64,000 bases of DNA from Mustelus asterias (taxonomy: Eukaryota): positions 2,418,001-2,482,000 of the forward strand of contig NW_027590123.1 in the NCBI RefSeq assembly GCF_964213995.1, given 5' to 3'. The notes beneath the pieces are model-generated. The model saw only the letters and a program-made list of their open reading frames with translations. It made no database searches and was not told the DNA's origin. Positions 12,520 through 26,000 of this stretch are shown in pieces (position 1 is the stretch's first letter; the number at the start of each line of letters is the position of its first letter). The translations under genes were made by a program, and so were the position numbers.

Positions 12520-14545
12520 ATGTATATACTCCAGAAGTTGTTTATTCCTGTTTGGCGCAAGAATGGTAAGGGAATTGTGGCCAAGCCATGGCTTACAAGG
12601 GAAATTAGAGATAGTATCAGATTCAAGGAAGAAGCATTCAAATTGGCAAGAAAAAGCAATAGGCCCGAGGATTGGGAGCAGTTTAAAATTCAGCAAAGGA
12701 GCTCCAAGGGATTGATTAAGAAGGGAAAAATGGAGTATGGAAGTAAGCTAGCAGGGAACATAAAAACTGACTGTAAAAGTTTCTATAGATATGTAAAGAG
12801 AAGATTGACAAAAACAAATGTTAGAAATGGGAGAATTCATAACGGGGAATAAAGAAATGGCTGAGGGATTAAATTGGTACTTTGCCTCAGTCTTCACAAA
12901 GGAAGACATGAATAATGTACCAGATGTGCTGAGAGAAACATGTTTTAGTCAGGGGCTGAAGGAAATCAGCATCAGTTGAGAAGTTTTTGGGGAAATTGAT
13001 GGGATTGAAGGTGGATAAATCTCCAGGTCCAGATAATCTTCATCCCAGAGTATTTCAGGAAGTGGTCCTGGAAATAGTAGATACATTGGTGGTTATTTTC
13101 CAAAATTCTTTGGAATCGGTAATAGTTCCTACAGATTGGAGGGTAGCTAATGTACGCCCACTGTTCAAAAAGGGAGGGAGAGAGAAAACAGGGAACTATA
13201 GACCAGTGAGCCTAACATTGGTACTGGGGAAGTTGCTGGTGTCTATTATCAAGGATTTCACAACTCGGCATTTGGAAGGCAGTGGTATAATCAGACAAAG
13301 ACAGCATGGATTTACAAAAGGGAAATCATGCTTGACGAATCCATTGGAATTTTGTAAGGATGTAAGTAGTAGAGTTGACCGAGGAGAACCAGTTGATGTG
13401 GTTTATTTAGACTTTCAGAAGGCTTTCGACAAGGTCTCACATAACAGACTGCTATGTAACGTAAAAGGACATGGTATTGCAGGGAATTCTTGAGATGGAT
13501 AGAAAGCTGGTTCGCAGATAAGAAGCGAAGCGTTGGCATAAATGAGTCTTTTTCTGATTGGCAGTCAGTGACTAGTGGGGTTTGGCAGGGATCTGTGCTA
13601 GGACCCCAACTCTTCACATTATATATTAATGATTTGGAAGAGGGAACTGAATGTATTATCTCCAAGTTTGCAGATAATACAAAGTTGGGTGGGAGGGTGA
13701 GCTGTGAGGAGGCTGCAGAGATGCTTTAGCGTGATTTGGACTGGCTGAGTGTGTAGGCATCTGCATTGCAGATGCAGTACAATGTGGATAAATGTGAGAT
13801 TATCCACTTTGGTAGCAATAATAGGAAGACAGATTATTACTTGAATAGGTAGGTGTAAATTGAGGGAGGTATTTACTCAACAAGATGTTGGATTCCTCGT
13901 GGATCAGTCGCTGAAAGTAAGCACGCAGGTACAATAGGCAGTAAAGAAGGCAAATGATATGTAGGCCTTCATAGCAAGAGGATTTGAGTATAGGGATAGG
14001 GATGTTTTGCTGCAGTTGTATAGGGCGTTGGTGAGGCCACACCTGGAGTATTGTGTACAGTTTTGGTGTCCTTATCTGAGGAAGGATGTCCTTGTTATAG
14101 AGGGAGTGCAGCAAACGTTTACCAGGCTGATTCCTGGGATGGCAAGTCTGTCATATGAGGAGAAACTAAATCGGTTAAGATTATATTCACTGGAGTTTGG
14201 AAGAGTGGGATCTCATAGAAACTTATAAAATTGTAACAGGGTTAGACAGGGTAGATTCAGAAAGAATGTTCCCAGTGGTGGGGGGAGTCCAGAACCCGGG
14301 GCATAGCTTGAGGATAAGAGGTAAACCTTTTAGAACTGAGGTGAGGAGAAATTTCTTCACCCAGAGGGTGATGAATGTGTGGAATTCACTGCCACAGAAT
14401 ATAGATCAAGGGATATGGAGGAACAGGAGTGGGGTGGGGGGGGGATTAGGATATTGAATTTGATGATCAACCATGACCATAATGAATGGCGGAGCAAGCT
14501 CGAAGGCTGAATGACCTACCCCCACTTCTAGATTCTATGTTTCAG
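12520..14545 (+). mobile_element. CR1 LINE ORF2 (RT) fragment, multiply disabled
   Basis: KSPGPD, NYRPVSLT, YLDFQKAFDKV, QGSVLGP and SKFAD motifs. Confidence 0.92.
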
Positions 14546-14614
14546 TGAGAGAAGTTGCCTGAAGCGGTGGCAAAGAATTTGGTTACACTTCAGCCCCAGG
14601 CTCCTCATGTTTAC

Positions 14615-15000
14615 ATAGAAACATACTAGAAAATATAAGTAGGGAGGAGGCTATTCGGCCCTTCGAGCTTGCTCCGCTGTTCATTCTGGTCACGGCTGAT
14701 CATCAAATTCAATATCGTAATCCCGCCTCCCCCCCCCCCCCCCCCCCCCCCCCCGTATCCCTTGATCCCCAAGAAATGTATCTAATTCCTTATTGAAATC
14801 AGACTCTACTACTTTTGAGGAAGGGACTTCCGAAGATTCAAGACTCTGAATGAAATAAAACCTTCTCAGCTCTGTCTTCAATGGGCAGCACTGTTTTTTA
14901 AACAGTGACCCCCAGATTCTCCCATAAGAGTAAACATCCTCTCCACATCCAAGACCTTTCAGAATCTCGAAGGTTTAAATTAAGTTGCCACTTACTCTTT
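14615..15000 (-). mobile_element. CR1 LINE 3' fragment
   Basis: Reverse complement of the tail at 14440-14540; KTELRR motif. Confidence 0.7.
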
Positions 15001-15054
15001 TAAAGTCGAGCAGAAGCTAAACTTGAGCAGAGAATGTCTCTGGTGTTATTATGT

Positions 15055-15200
15055 GGTCATGATGTGGAGATGCCAGCGTTGGACTGGGGTAAACACAGTA
15101 AGAGTTTTAACAACACCAGGTTAAAGTCCAACAGGTTTATTTGGTAGCAAATACCATTAGCTTTCGGAGTGCTGCTCCTTCGTCAGATGGAGTGGAAATC
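15055..15200 (-). mobile_element. Penelope-like pseudo-LTR fragment
   Basis: Hammerhead core followed by AATAAA; a degenerate homolog lies at 31400-31522. Confidence 0.55.
15154..15190 (-). ncRNA. Minimal type I hammerhead ribozyme motif
   Basis: CCAU-CUGACGA-A-GGAG-cagca-CUCC-GAA-AGCU-A-AUGG: catalytic core, stem II, palindromic stem III and stem I pairing. Confidence 0.6.
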
Positions 15201-15589
15201 AGATTTTCCAGTCATAGAGTCATTCCAGCACAGAAGGAATCCATTGGATAACTCGAGTCCATACCGACTCTCACAGTAACTTCATAGTTTTTCACAGTTT
15301 TTTTGTGATTTTCACAGTGAGTTCATTGCAGAGTTAATGTAAGCATCCTTGTGACACGAACTAATAAATTATCAAAAGTAAACTATAAATCCTCTGTCGC
15401 GCAATTCTGTCCGTCTGGAGTGGGTCCCATTCTGTAACCCTGCAGCACCCATCCAATCTCATTTATAAATTATTGATCATCTCTGCTTGACTACCCCCAC
15501 GGCACAAGTTCAAGATCATAATTAATCACAACCCCCTGTATCTTAACCAACTGGAGCCATCCTATCCATTAAATATATTTTTAGTTCAG

Positions 15590-16450
15590 TCATAGCAGAG
15601 ATATTTGTATCATCGATAGTCACAGGTGAGGTGCCTGAAGACTGGAGGGTGGCAAATGTTGTGCTTTTGTTTAAAAAGGGCTGCAGGGAAAAGCCTGGGA
15701 ACTGCAGGCCGGTGAGCCTCACATCTGTGGTGGGTAAGTTGTTGGAAGGTATTTTGAGAGACAGGATCTACAGGCATTTAGAGATGCAATATCTGATTAG
15801 GGACAGTCAGCATGGCTTTGTGAGTGGTGAAGAAGGCATTCAGCGTGCTTGGTATCATTGGTCAGAACATTGAATACAGGAGTTGGGATGTCTTGTTGAA
15901 GTTGTACAAAACATTGGTAAGGCCACACTTGGAATGCTGTGTACAGTTCTGGTCACCCTATTATAGAAAGGATATTATTAAACTAGAAAGAGTGCAGAAA
16001 ATAATTATTAGGATGCTACTGGGACTTGATGGTTTGAGTTATAAGGAGAGGCTGGATAGACTGGAACTTTTTTGTCTGGAGTGTCGGAGGCTTAGGGGTG
16101 ATCTTATAGAGGTCTATAAAATAATGAGGGGCATAGATCAGCTAGATAGTCAATATCTTTTCCCAAAGTAGGGGAGTCTAAAACTAGAGGGCATAGGTTT
16201 AAGGTGAGAGGGGCAATTTTTTCATACAGAGAATGGTGAGTGTCTTGAACAAGCTGCCAGAGGTAGTAGTAGAGGCGGGTACAATTTTGATTTTTAAAAA
16301 GCATTTAGACAGTTACATGGGTAAGATGGGTATAGAAGGATATGGGCCAAATGCGGGCAATTGGGACTAGCTTAGGGGTTAAAAAAAAAGGCGGCATGGA
16401 CAAATTGGGGCGAAGGGCCTGTTTCCATGCTGTAAACCTCTATGACTCTC
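15590..16450 (+). mobile_element. CR1 LINE fragment (internally deleted)
   Basis: PEDWRVANV…RPVSLTSVVGK joined to LYKTLVRPHLE…RGDLIEVYKIM. Confidence 0.9.
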
Positions 16451-16732
16451 GAGACTGTCTGGCAGTCTGCATGGAGATTTTCAGCTCTCTGTGTCCAGGA
16501 CAGGAAGCAGAGAGCATGGATCTGTCAATCAGCCTCAATCAGCACCTTCAGGAGAATTGGGAGGGTGAATATTAGATACAGCAGAGTGAGAATGGAGGGA
16601 GAGTGTGTGGGATGGAGATTTACAGCTTTTGGGGAATGAGAGAGGAAAGAATATTCCATAGAAACGAGAATTGTCTGTTCTGAATTTCGATCCTGTACTG
16701 ACTGTGATGACTTTTGTAAATTCCTTTTACAG

Positions 16733-17685
16733 GCTATCAGAAGGTGAGGATTTACAGACAGAATTCTTAAACCAAACGTCACATCAACATCTGACAGAGT
16801 CACTCAATTCAACGGGACCTGAATATCATCGGCCTTTGAATCTAGAAGGAGAAATGTTTTTCTGTTCTGTCTGCTTCAGGAGATTTTAAACATCAGTGTG
16901 ACTGGAAAAGCACCGAGGCACACACACACCAGAGTGAGAGTGTTCCAGTGCACTGCGTGTGGAAAACGCTTCAGTTGCACAGCCTGAAAGAACATCGCAG
17001 CATTCACAGCGGGGAGAGACTGTACCCGTGTTCTGTGTATGGATGAGGTTTCAACTGATTGTCCGACCTGGAGAGTCACAAGGACACCTGCACCATGGAG
17101 AAACGGTGGAAATGTGGGGACTGTGGGAAGGGATTTAGATACCCTTCTCACCTGGAAACCCATCGACGCAGCCACACTGGGGAGAGACCGTTCACCTGTT
17201 CTCAGTGTGGGAATGGATTCAGTCGATTATCCACCCTGCAGACACACCAGAGAGTTCACAATGAGGAAAGGCCATTCATCTGCTTTCATTGTGGGAAGAG
17301 ATTCACTCAGTCATCCGCCCTGCAGACACACCAGCGAGTTCACAATGAGGAGAGACCATTCATCTGCTCTCAGTGTGGGAAGGGATTCAGTCAGTTATCC
17401 AGCCTGCAGACACACCAGTGAGTTCATACTAGGGAGAAGCCGTTCACCTGCTCTCAGTGTGGGAATGGGTTCACTCAGTTATCCCATCTGAAGACACACC
17501 AACGGTTTCACACTGGGGAGAGGCCGTTCACCTGCCCTCAGTGTGAGAAGGGATTTGCTCAGTTATCCACTCTTCAGACACACCAGCGAGTTCACACCAA
17601 GGAGAGACCGTTCACCTGCTCTCAGTGTGGGAAAGGATTCACTCAGTTATCCAACCTGCGGAGACACCAGCGAGTTCACGAGTGA
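16733..17685 (+). pseudogene. C2H2 zinc-finger gene D (7 fingers from ATG 17095) with a CGA>TGA stop at 17419
   Basis: Acceptor ccttttacag|G at 16732; frame continues after the stop for 3 more fingers to TGA 17683-17685; upstream fingers are degenerate. Confidence 0.85.
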
Positions 17686-17959
17686 TTCCAGGGGTTGGAT
17701 TCTGCTGTTATTGTTTCTGCTCTCAATTACATCCAGGACTGCATTTTGTTCATTCTCACAGTTGGTCACTGGGGAGAATTGGAGGCTCTCTTTCTGCTGG
17801 ACTGGCCGGTCTCACCACTTTGCCTCCAGTGGCTGATAATCTTTTAACCTTGTTTCGAATATCTGGCTTTGCATTTCTCAAGGATCACAGAGTGAAAGGG
17901 TGTTGGGAAGTTTAAAGATATTTTGTTCGCAATTATGTTTGGAAGCCTCGCAAAGCACG

Positions 17960-18295
17960 CAGAGGGAGTAGTGAGCATGAGGAACTGAAAGAGATTAGTA
18001 TCAGTGAAAAAGTAGCACTGGAGAAATTAATGGGGTTGGAAGTGAATAAATCCCCAAAAAGCTGCTGATCTACATCCCAGAGTGTTGGAAGAGGTGGCTG
18101 TGGAGATAGTGGATACATTGGTGGTCATCTTTCCAAATTCTATAGATTGTGGAATGGTTGCTGCAGATTGGAAGGTGGTAAATGAAACCCCACTGTTTAA
18201 GGAGGGAGAGAGAAAACGGGGAACCACAGACCCATCAGCCTGACATCAGCCGGAGGGAAAATGCTACAATCTATTGTACAGGATGTGATAACAGA
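17960..18295 (+). mobile_element. CR1 RT fragment
   Basis: Similar to 12960-13260 (…EIVDTLVVIFQNS…DWKV). Confidence 0.75.
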
Positions 18296-18414
18296 TGAAT
18301 ATGCACATTCAGAACAGGGGTACGTCCCTCGAGCCTGCTCCACCATTCAATACATACACAGCTGATCTGATTGTAACCTCAACTTCACATTCCCACCGAC
18401 CCCCCAATGAGCTT

Positions 18415-19245
18415 CAGACTAAAACTCCCTCCTCTGGGCAACATCTGGAAGAAATCAATGTTTCCCCCTTTCCATTTCTTTTCTCATTCTGGGGGAAATT
18501 GGGGACTTGCAGCAACTGAAGGGAAAGGAAGTGAATCCAGGGAGGGTGAAGACTCTGGAAAGGTTGGCCCAGGTCTCTCTCTCTTAAAGACATTAACATT
18601 CTTTGCTCCCTCAGCTAGACACATTTATTTGTCTGGCTAAAAGGATGGTCTCTTTCTGAATGTTAACAATGAAAGGGTTGTTTCCCCAGGAAATGGCTGA
18701 CATTTCAGGGAACAGTGTAGTCAGGTAGGTGATGTCTCTGTTATGACTCGTGTTACATTTACATTCTCTATATTTATGATTTTCTGGTCCAGTAGGTTTA
18801 TTATATTTCTAATCTTGCAGTATACTACTCGTCCTGCACCTGAATGCAGGGCTGCCAGATGAGGGAGTGGTGGATGGAACTTTGCAAAATGTATTCTGTT
18901 TATTTTCTTACAAGTCAATACATTTTAATTTTTAACATCACAGGTTTTGTTTTTATCTTCACACAGGCCAAAACCTCCTCCTGTCTCCAACACCTGTGAG
19001 TAAAACACCTTATTTTTCTCCCCCTTTCCATTTCTTTTCTCATTCTGGAGGAAATTGGGGACTTGCAGCAACTGAAGGGAAAGGAAGTGAATCCAGGGAG
19101 GCTGCAGACTCTGGAAAGGTTGGCCCAGGTCTCTCTCTCTCTTAAAGACATTGACATAATTTCCTCTCTCAACTTGACACATGTATTTGTCAGGCTAAAA
19201 GGATGGTCTCTTTTCTAATGTTCACGGGCTGGTTTCCCCAGGAGA
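18415..19245. repeat. Tandem duplication of ~290 bp (18415-18710 and 18965-19245)
   Basis: ccatttcttttctcattctgg…gggaaaggaagtgaatccagggagg…ctaaaaggatggtctc nearly identical in both copies. Confidence 0.9.
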
Positions 19246-19249
19246 TAGA

Positions 19250-19502
19250 AACCTGCTCGACCATCCATTATGATCATGGCCGATCATCAAATTCAATATT
19301 CTGATCCCTCCCGCCCTCCCAATATCCCTTCAGCGCTGAGAACTCTATCTAATTTCTTCTTGAAATCACACAATGTCTTGGCTTCAGCTACTTTCTGTGG
19401 GAGTGAATTCCACACATTCACCATTCTCTGGGTGAAGAAATTTCTCACTTCAGTCCTGAAAGGTTGACCCCTTATCCTCAACTCCCCCACCATCAGGAAC
19501 AT
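19250..19502 (-). mobile_element. CR1 3' fragment
   Basis: PFRTEVRNFFTQRMVNVWNSLPQK. Confidence 0.8.
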
Positions 19503-20134
19503 CGAGAGATGGCTGACATTTAAGGGGACAGTAAATATAGGACAGACATCTGTCTAATGTTGTTACATGGTGCATAATTGGTTCTGTAACAAAATACATT
19601 TATTATTTCTAGTTTTGTAATATAGTACTTCAGCGACATTATATATTTCCATTATACATTCACAGCACAGGTGTCCATTCAGTAACTCGAGTCCATGCCG
19701 ACTTTCTGTCGGACAATACAGTCAGTCCCACTACCCCTCTATAGCCCTGTTCCCCTGCAAGTTTATTTCCTTCAGATGCACAACCCAATTTATTTTAAAT
19801 TATTCTTCTCCACTTCCACACTGGTGTGATTTTCTGATTATGCCCACTCGCTGTCTAAATAAAGTTCTTCCTCACACATCCCCTACTCTATCTCAAATTA
19901 AAAGATACAGTACTCTCGATCAAACATTTTCTGGACAGCTAATTGTGCATCTGGCGCGATATATGTACATTTACTGAATTAAAATGTTTGGGTATCTGAC
20001 TCCAGGACCTTGTATCGATAGATCAACATGACTCACTGATTCAGGAGAATTGGGAGGGTGAATATTAGACACATCAGAGTGAGAATGGAGGGACAGTGTG
20101 TGGGACGGAGATTTACAGCTTTTGGGATTTTTAA

Positions 20135-20329
20135 AAATGTATTAGTGTCACAAGTAGGCTAACATTAACACTGCAATGAAGTTACTGCGAAAATCCCCAA
20201 GTCGCCACACTGTTTGGGTACACCAAGGGAGAATTTAGCATGGCCAATCCACCTAACCCGTGGATTGTGGGAGGAAACTGGAGCACCTGAAGGAAACCCA
20301 TGCAGTCACGGGGAGAATGTGCAGACTCC

Positions 20330-20335
<6 letters not shown>
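20135..20335 (-). mobile_element. HE1-like SINE variant
   Basis: V-domain plus an aagcctacttgtgacactaata-type tail, as at 130-200 and 44758. Confidence 0.75.
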
Positions 20336-21205
<870 letters not shown>

Positions 21206-21394
21206 GGTGGATTCTGCTGTTAATCACATCCAGGACTGAACCATGTTCATTCTGACAGTTGGTAAAGTGGGAGAGTCGGAGGGTTCCTTTGAGCCTGGGA
21301 GAGCACATTTCCACTGAAATGATCCACAACAACTGATGAAGGACATTTATTTACTCCAGGAGAGTAAATAGTGTTTTCCCCCTACTACATGCAG

Positions 21395-21790
21395 CTCTAA
21401 AATGAACACAAAGAACTGGAAAAATGCAGCAGGTCTGGCAGCATCTGTGGAGAAGAATTTTGCAGAACAGAAGCAAAAGGCGAGGTAATGGTTGTCGTAA
21501 AGAAGTGAGTGTTCAGGACAGAATAATGAACATCGCTGTCTGAAACAAAAAACCATGAAAACAAGTTCAGGGGGTGAAGTTGTTGAACTCAATGTTGAGT
21601 CCAGAAGGCTGTAAAGTGCCTCATCGGAAGATGAGGGGCTGTTTGTCCAGCTTGTGTTGGGCTTCTCCGGAACATTGCAGCAGGTCGAGGACAGAAATGT
21701 GAGCGTGAGAGCAAGGTGGTGAACTCTGATGACAAGCAAGCGGAAGGTCAGGGTCATGCTTGTGGACTGAGCGGAGGTGTTCCACAAAGA
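21395..21790 (-). mobile_element. Penelope-like element 3' end (GIY-YIG endonuclease C-terminus plus pLTR)
   Basis: EHLRSV…DLPLACH…LLQCSGEAQHKLDKQPLIFR*GTLQPSGLNIEFNNF resembles vertebrate Penelope/Neptune endonuclease termini. Confidence 0.75.
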
Positions 21791-23306
21791 GGGCAGGGAA
21801 CAGGCGACAGAGGGGCTGAAGAGAAACCATTTGTGTCCAGAACATTGTGAACATCCTTTTACTCTGGTTGTCTTTGATCCTCAGGTCATTTTCTGTTTGT
21901 TTTAACCATGTTCTGTTTCATTAATAAACTTTTATCAGTAAAAATATTTGATTTTTCTGGACTTTTCCTGATTGTGAAGCTGAAATATCTGTATCAGAAG
22001 GCCCCAGCCTCGGAGAATAAGTAGTTAATTGTAACAAATGGGCCCCAGCTTTTTGAAACTTCTGTGTTTTTTTTTCCCTCTGGTCAATCGCAAAGATCTC
22101 AATCTAGTCATAATTTGAAAATTTGTATTCGATGATGTGCTTATCTTAAATACGACTGAAGGGGAAAATTATTAACCAATTTAGAGGGTTTTTGACAGAA
22201 TACATAAGACACTACAAACAAAGAGTTAAATGATTCTTGAAACAAGGATAATATGGGAATGAAACAAATATTTTACAAATATGTGGATGCAATAAGAGAA
22301 TTAAATAAATAACTATGATTATAAAACATATATGCTCATATTTTAAATGTAATTTATGTATTGAATGAATTGTTCATTTCAACCAAAAGCAAGTCACTGT
22401 AAGGTATGATGACAAATCGAAGAGTTGAGAGCCAATGGCCTGGGAACCTTAGTAGTTGCAGAATTAATATCTAAAAGTTCCTGGCGAGGGAACGCATTTT
22501 GCAACTTTATGAATGGGGACATTCAATGTTTAGACATAGAATAGATCGTACTGGGACTCAGGATCACGTGTCTATCCAGTTTTGGAAATGAGCCGGTAGG
22601 AATGTTCATTTTGACCTCCTCACACAGAGATACCTGCCTCGTGAGTTTTATATTGTCTGTAGTTAACGACAGTATTGGTCATCTCAAATTATCCCACAAC
22701 ACGAGTCATAATTTGGAAATTTGCAATCGATGATGTGCTTATGTGAAATACACCTTATTCTCTTGGTTTCACCCCATGGTTTGCACATCTGTTCTGTATG
22801 TGTTCTCTATCTAGCTTGTGGTTTGCCTGCCTGGGAAGTATTTCATCGGACAATATATAGAGAGATACACTCTGTTAACCCACGCTGCAGCTACACTGAT
22901 AGTGTTTTTAAGGGACAGTGTATAGGAAACTATCTTCTGCCACACACTGTCCTGCATCGGCCTCTAATGAATGAGCCTTTTGCTGTTTAGAATTACCTGA
23001 AACTCGTCAGTGACAGACCAGTTTATGCGTGAAATCACCGCGGTTCTCCTCATTATTCATTCATTCTGTATCTGGATTTTATCATAAAAAGGCAGAGATG
23101 GAGGTGTATTTACACGGATGGGTCACTGGGTGGCGCAGTGACTCTCACTAAAGGGCATTGAGTTCAACCACATCCCACATATGACTGGGAAAAATCCCTG
23201 TCTGGGAAAGAGGGGAAACCGTATAATAGGGAAAATGGGGCGGAGTTGATGTGTTTTGGAGAACGGAATTAAGCCAAGCCAGAGATGGTTAAAATTTCAT
23301 TCAATA

Positions 23307-23312
23307 TTTATT
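23307..23312 (-). terminator. Probable polyadenylation signal for membrane mu mRNA
   Basis: AATAAA on the minus strand about 450 nt after the TM2 stop. Confidence 0.55.
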
Positions 23313-23765
23313 TTAAAAATTCAGAGAATATTTTACAGCAACATTATTTTTTTAAAGTTAGAAAAGTGAACATAACGATCGAGCTTCACATTGAGAACAG
23401 AACAGATGCACAGGGAATCCGTCAGTATCTGTACATCTGTTACATACACCAGAAAGAGAAAACAGGACCTTAATAGAAAGAGGAATTATCAAATGTGAAT
23501 AAGGAATGAGAAAAGTTTCTTATTTATACATGATCTTTAAACTACGGGGAAACTATTAACCACAATTACATTATAACAAAAAATGCCTCGTACATTTCAC
23601 ACTGAAAACTGAATGAACGTCTATAATTGCCTCAGTTACAGATTCAGAATGATAAACTGAGAGAATTTTACTGATAGAGTCACCGAGAGCAGATATTGTA
23701 TTTGATCCACACAGAGATCTTGATAATCAGCTGCGGGAAATCTGCAGCTTCCAAAATTCAACCCA

Positions 23766-23774
23766 TCATTTGAT
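23766..23774 (-). CDS. IGHM: IgM TM2 exon (IK*), giving cytoplasmic tail KIK
   Basis: ttattttacag|ATC AAA TGA, 140 nt after the TM1 donor. Confidence 0.85.
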   Translation of the reverse strand: MK

Positions 23775-23914
23775 CTGTAAAATAAAGATACAATAATGAA
23801 GCAGATGTTGATGATGCGGGACATTAATGTTAGAGTTTTTAATCAGCGAAACATTGAGAATTTTTTCAAATCCATTCTGCCAGTTTGAAATGTGAGTGAA
23901 TTGAATCATCTCAC

Positions 23915-24042
23915 CTTCACCAGAGTGACTGCAGTGCTGTAGAAAATGCTCAGGAAGAACAGCACGATGAATGTAGAAGCGGTTGTCCAGATGTTGCTGT
24001 TATCATCCTCATTGTCGTCAATCCAGACGCGGTCGGTGGAGT
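23915..24042 (-). CDS. IGHM: IgM transmembrane exon TM1 (DSTDRVWIDDNEDDNSNIWTTASTFIVLFFLSIFYSTAVTLVK)
   Basis: Acceptor cccctag|AC in phase with the Cmu4 internal donor; acidic spacer and CART motif (WTTASTF..LF.LS..YS); donor AAG|GTGAG. Absent from the ORF track, translated by hand. Confidence 0.95.
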
Positions 24043-24599
24043 CTAGGGGACGGAGACCAGGAACTAAAATTAGATTACTTTATTTATCCAAGTGATCTTA
24101 TTGTTATTTTTATGTTCCCCGTTCTCCTTTTTAGGCTGTTCATTTAATCTCGAATTCAATTTTCAATGTATAACTACTGTTAAATTCAGGACATTCAGTA
24201 ACCGATCTCCGTAACTATTTTCACACCTGATCTTTATTGACATTCCTTGGACAGTCCATGTCAGAAAACACTGAAGATGTTTAATTGAGTATCAGTTCAT
24301 TTTTGAACTATTTGCCACTATCCCTTATTGAACAATGTTATGACTGATATCGTTCACTGATCAATGATTGTTTTCACAGATGGTTACTGATCTATAAACT
24401 GTAAATGTTGTTGTTTAAGAGTTGGGATGTAATTTCCGATCTGTGCTTCTTTATGGTGGAAATAGATCATGAGCTTAATTCAGCTTCTCAACGTGTTTGT
24501 CTGTTCATTGTACATTTGGATAGTTAATCTGTGGATATGTGCATTAAAAAATCACCTTTAAATGTTACATTCATCATTTGCCTCCCGTTTGTATTTAAG

Positions 24600-26000
24600 A
24601 TCTTGCGTTTGTGTGCGTGTGCATTAATCTTTGGCTTTGAGTTAATATGTGTGCAACAGTGTTAATGTACGTGTTCATTTGCCTATGGTTGTTGATTTGT
24701 GTAGTTGTGTGTCTGCATCTGTGTGTGTATTTTATTCTTGTGTCATTGTGTATGTATGACTCTATTATTGTATGAAGTCTATGAATATTTATTAATGCCA
24801 TTCTTAATGGGTGTACATGTGTTTATGCCTATTGCTATGTGTTAATTTCTGTCACTCTAGTAATGTTTGTTTCCCTTTCTGTGTGCGTCTGTTTCTCCGT
24901 GTGTCTGTGTGCATGTCTGTTAGCAGGTCAGTATATGTATATACATGTTGATAGTTCTTTATAACGGTGTGTTGATGTATGTTTGTGTTTCGATGTGTAG
25001 TAATGTGTGCTATGGTGTTCTGTTCTGTATGAGCATGTTAATGTTTGCGTCTACATGTTTGCGTGTAAATGTTTTGCAGTCTGTTCATCTATATGTAGTC
25101 TGCTAATTTGTTTATATATATTTCCATGTGTGTTTGTTAATGTGTATAACATTGTGCGTCTTTATATCTATATTCCTGTCAGCGTGAATGTGTGCTGATA
25201 TATATATGTACTTATTTGAGTCTATGTATTTGCTTGTGTATTTATGTAGCTCTGCATGCGTGTGTATCTGTCTGTATTGTGTCTCTGCATGTATGTGTTT
25301 GTGTTTGGGTCTGTGTACCTACTCACATATGTGTCTGTGTATGTACCTGTGTGGTTTATGTGTATATGTGTACGTTAATACATATTTGATTATCTACATA
25401 TGTTGTTGTTTTAGTGCCTGTTTGTACAAGCGCGAGTCTATGTATCCGTGTGTGTGTGTGTGTGTGTGTGTGTGGAAGGGGGGGGGGAGAGAGAGAGAGA
25501 GAATGTGTGTGTGTGCCTATGTATATTTGTGTACGGATGTATTTATGTATGGGTATATTTTTGTGTGGGTGTATTTGTGTGTGTATTTTTGTTTGTGCCT
25601 GTGTTGTCCATGAGTGCATTTGTGTGCGCATTCTTGTTTCTCTGCATGTGTGTTCGTTTGTGCAAGTATTGCATGTACCTATGGTGTGTGAAAGTGTATC
25701 TGTGTGTATGCATGTATCTGTGTGTTTTTGTGCATGTGTATGTGCTGTGTATGTGTGCTTCTGTCTGTATTTGAATGCGCCTGTTCGTATTTCTGTATAT
25801 GTGCATGCATTTGTGTGTGTATTTACATGTGTCTTTCTGCATTTGTGTGCATTTTGTGAGTATGTGTATTTGTGCATTTGTGTCGATGTGTCTGTGTGTG
25901 CGTGTTTGTGTGTGTGTGTGTGTGTGTATATATATGTACGCCTATGTGTGTATTTATAATTGTGACAGTTTTGTGCGGTATTGTCAGTGTGTGTATTTTT
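24600..26000 (+). repeat. Degenerate (TG)n tract between the secretory and TM exons
   Basis: About 1.4 kb of TG-rich sequence; (TA)n at 26295-26375. Confidence 0.9.

Noticed and set aside
22096-22750. ~50-bp direct repeat (agtcataattt…cgatgatgtgctta) at 22100 and 22705
   Set aside because: Short and diverged; no supporting structure for an LTR or an RNA gene.
23566-23601. Alternative TM2 at ttttcag|TGTGAAATG resembling GTGAAATGA
   Set aside because: Out of register for VK*; the closer acceptor at 23774 gives a clean IK*.
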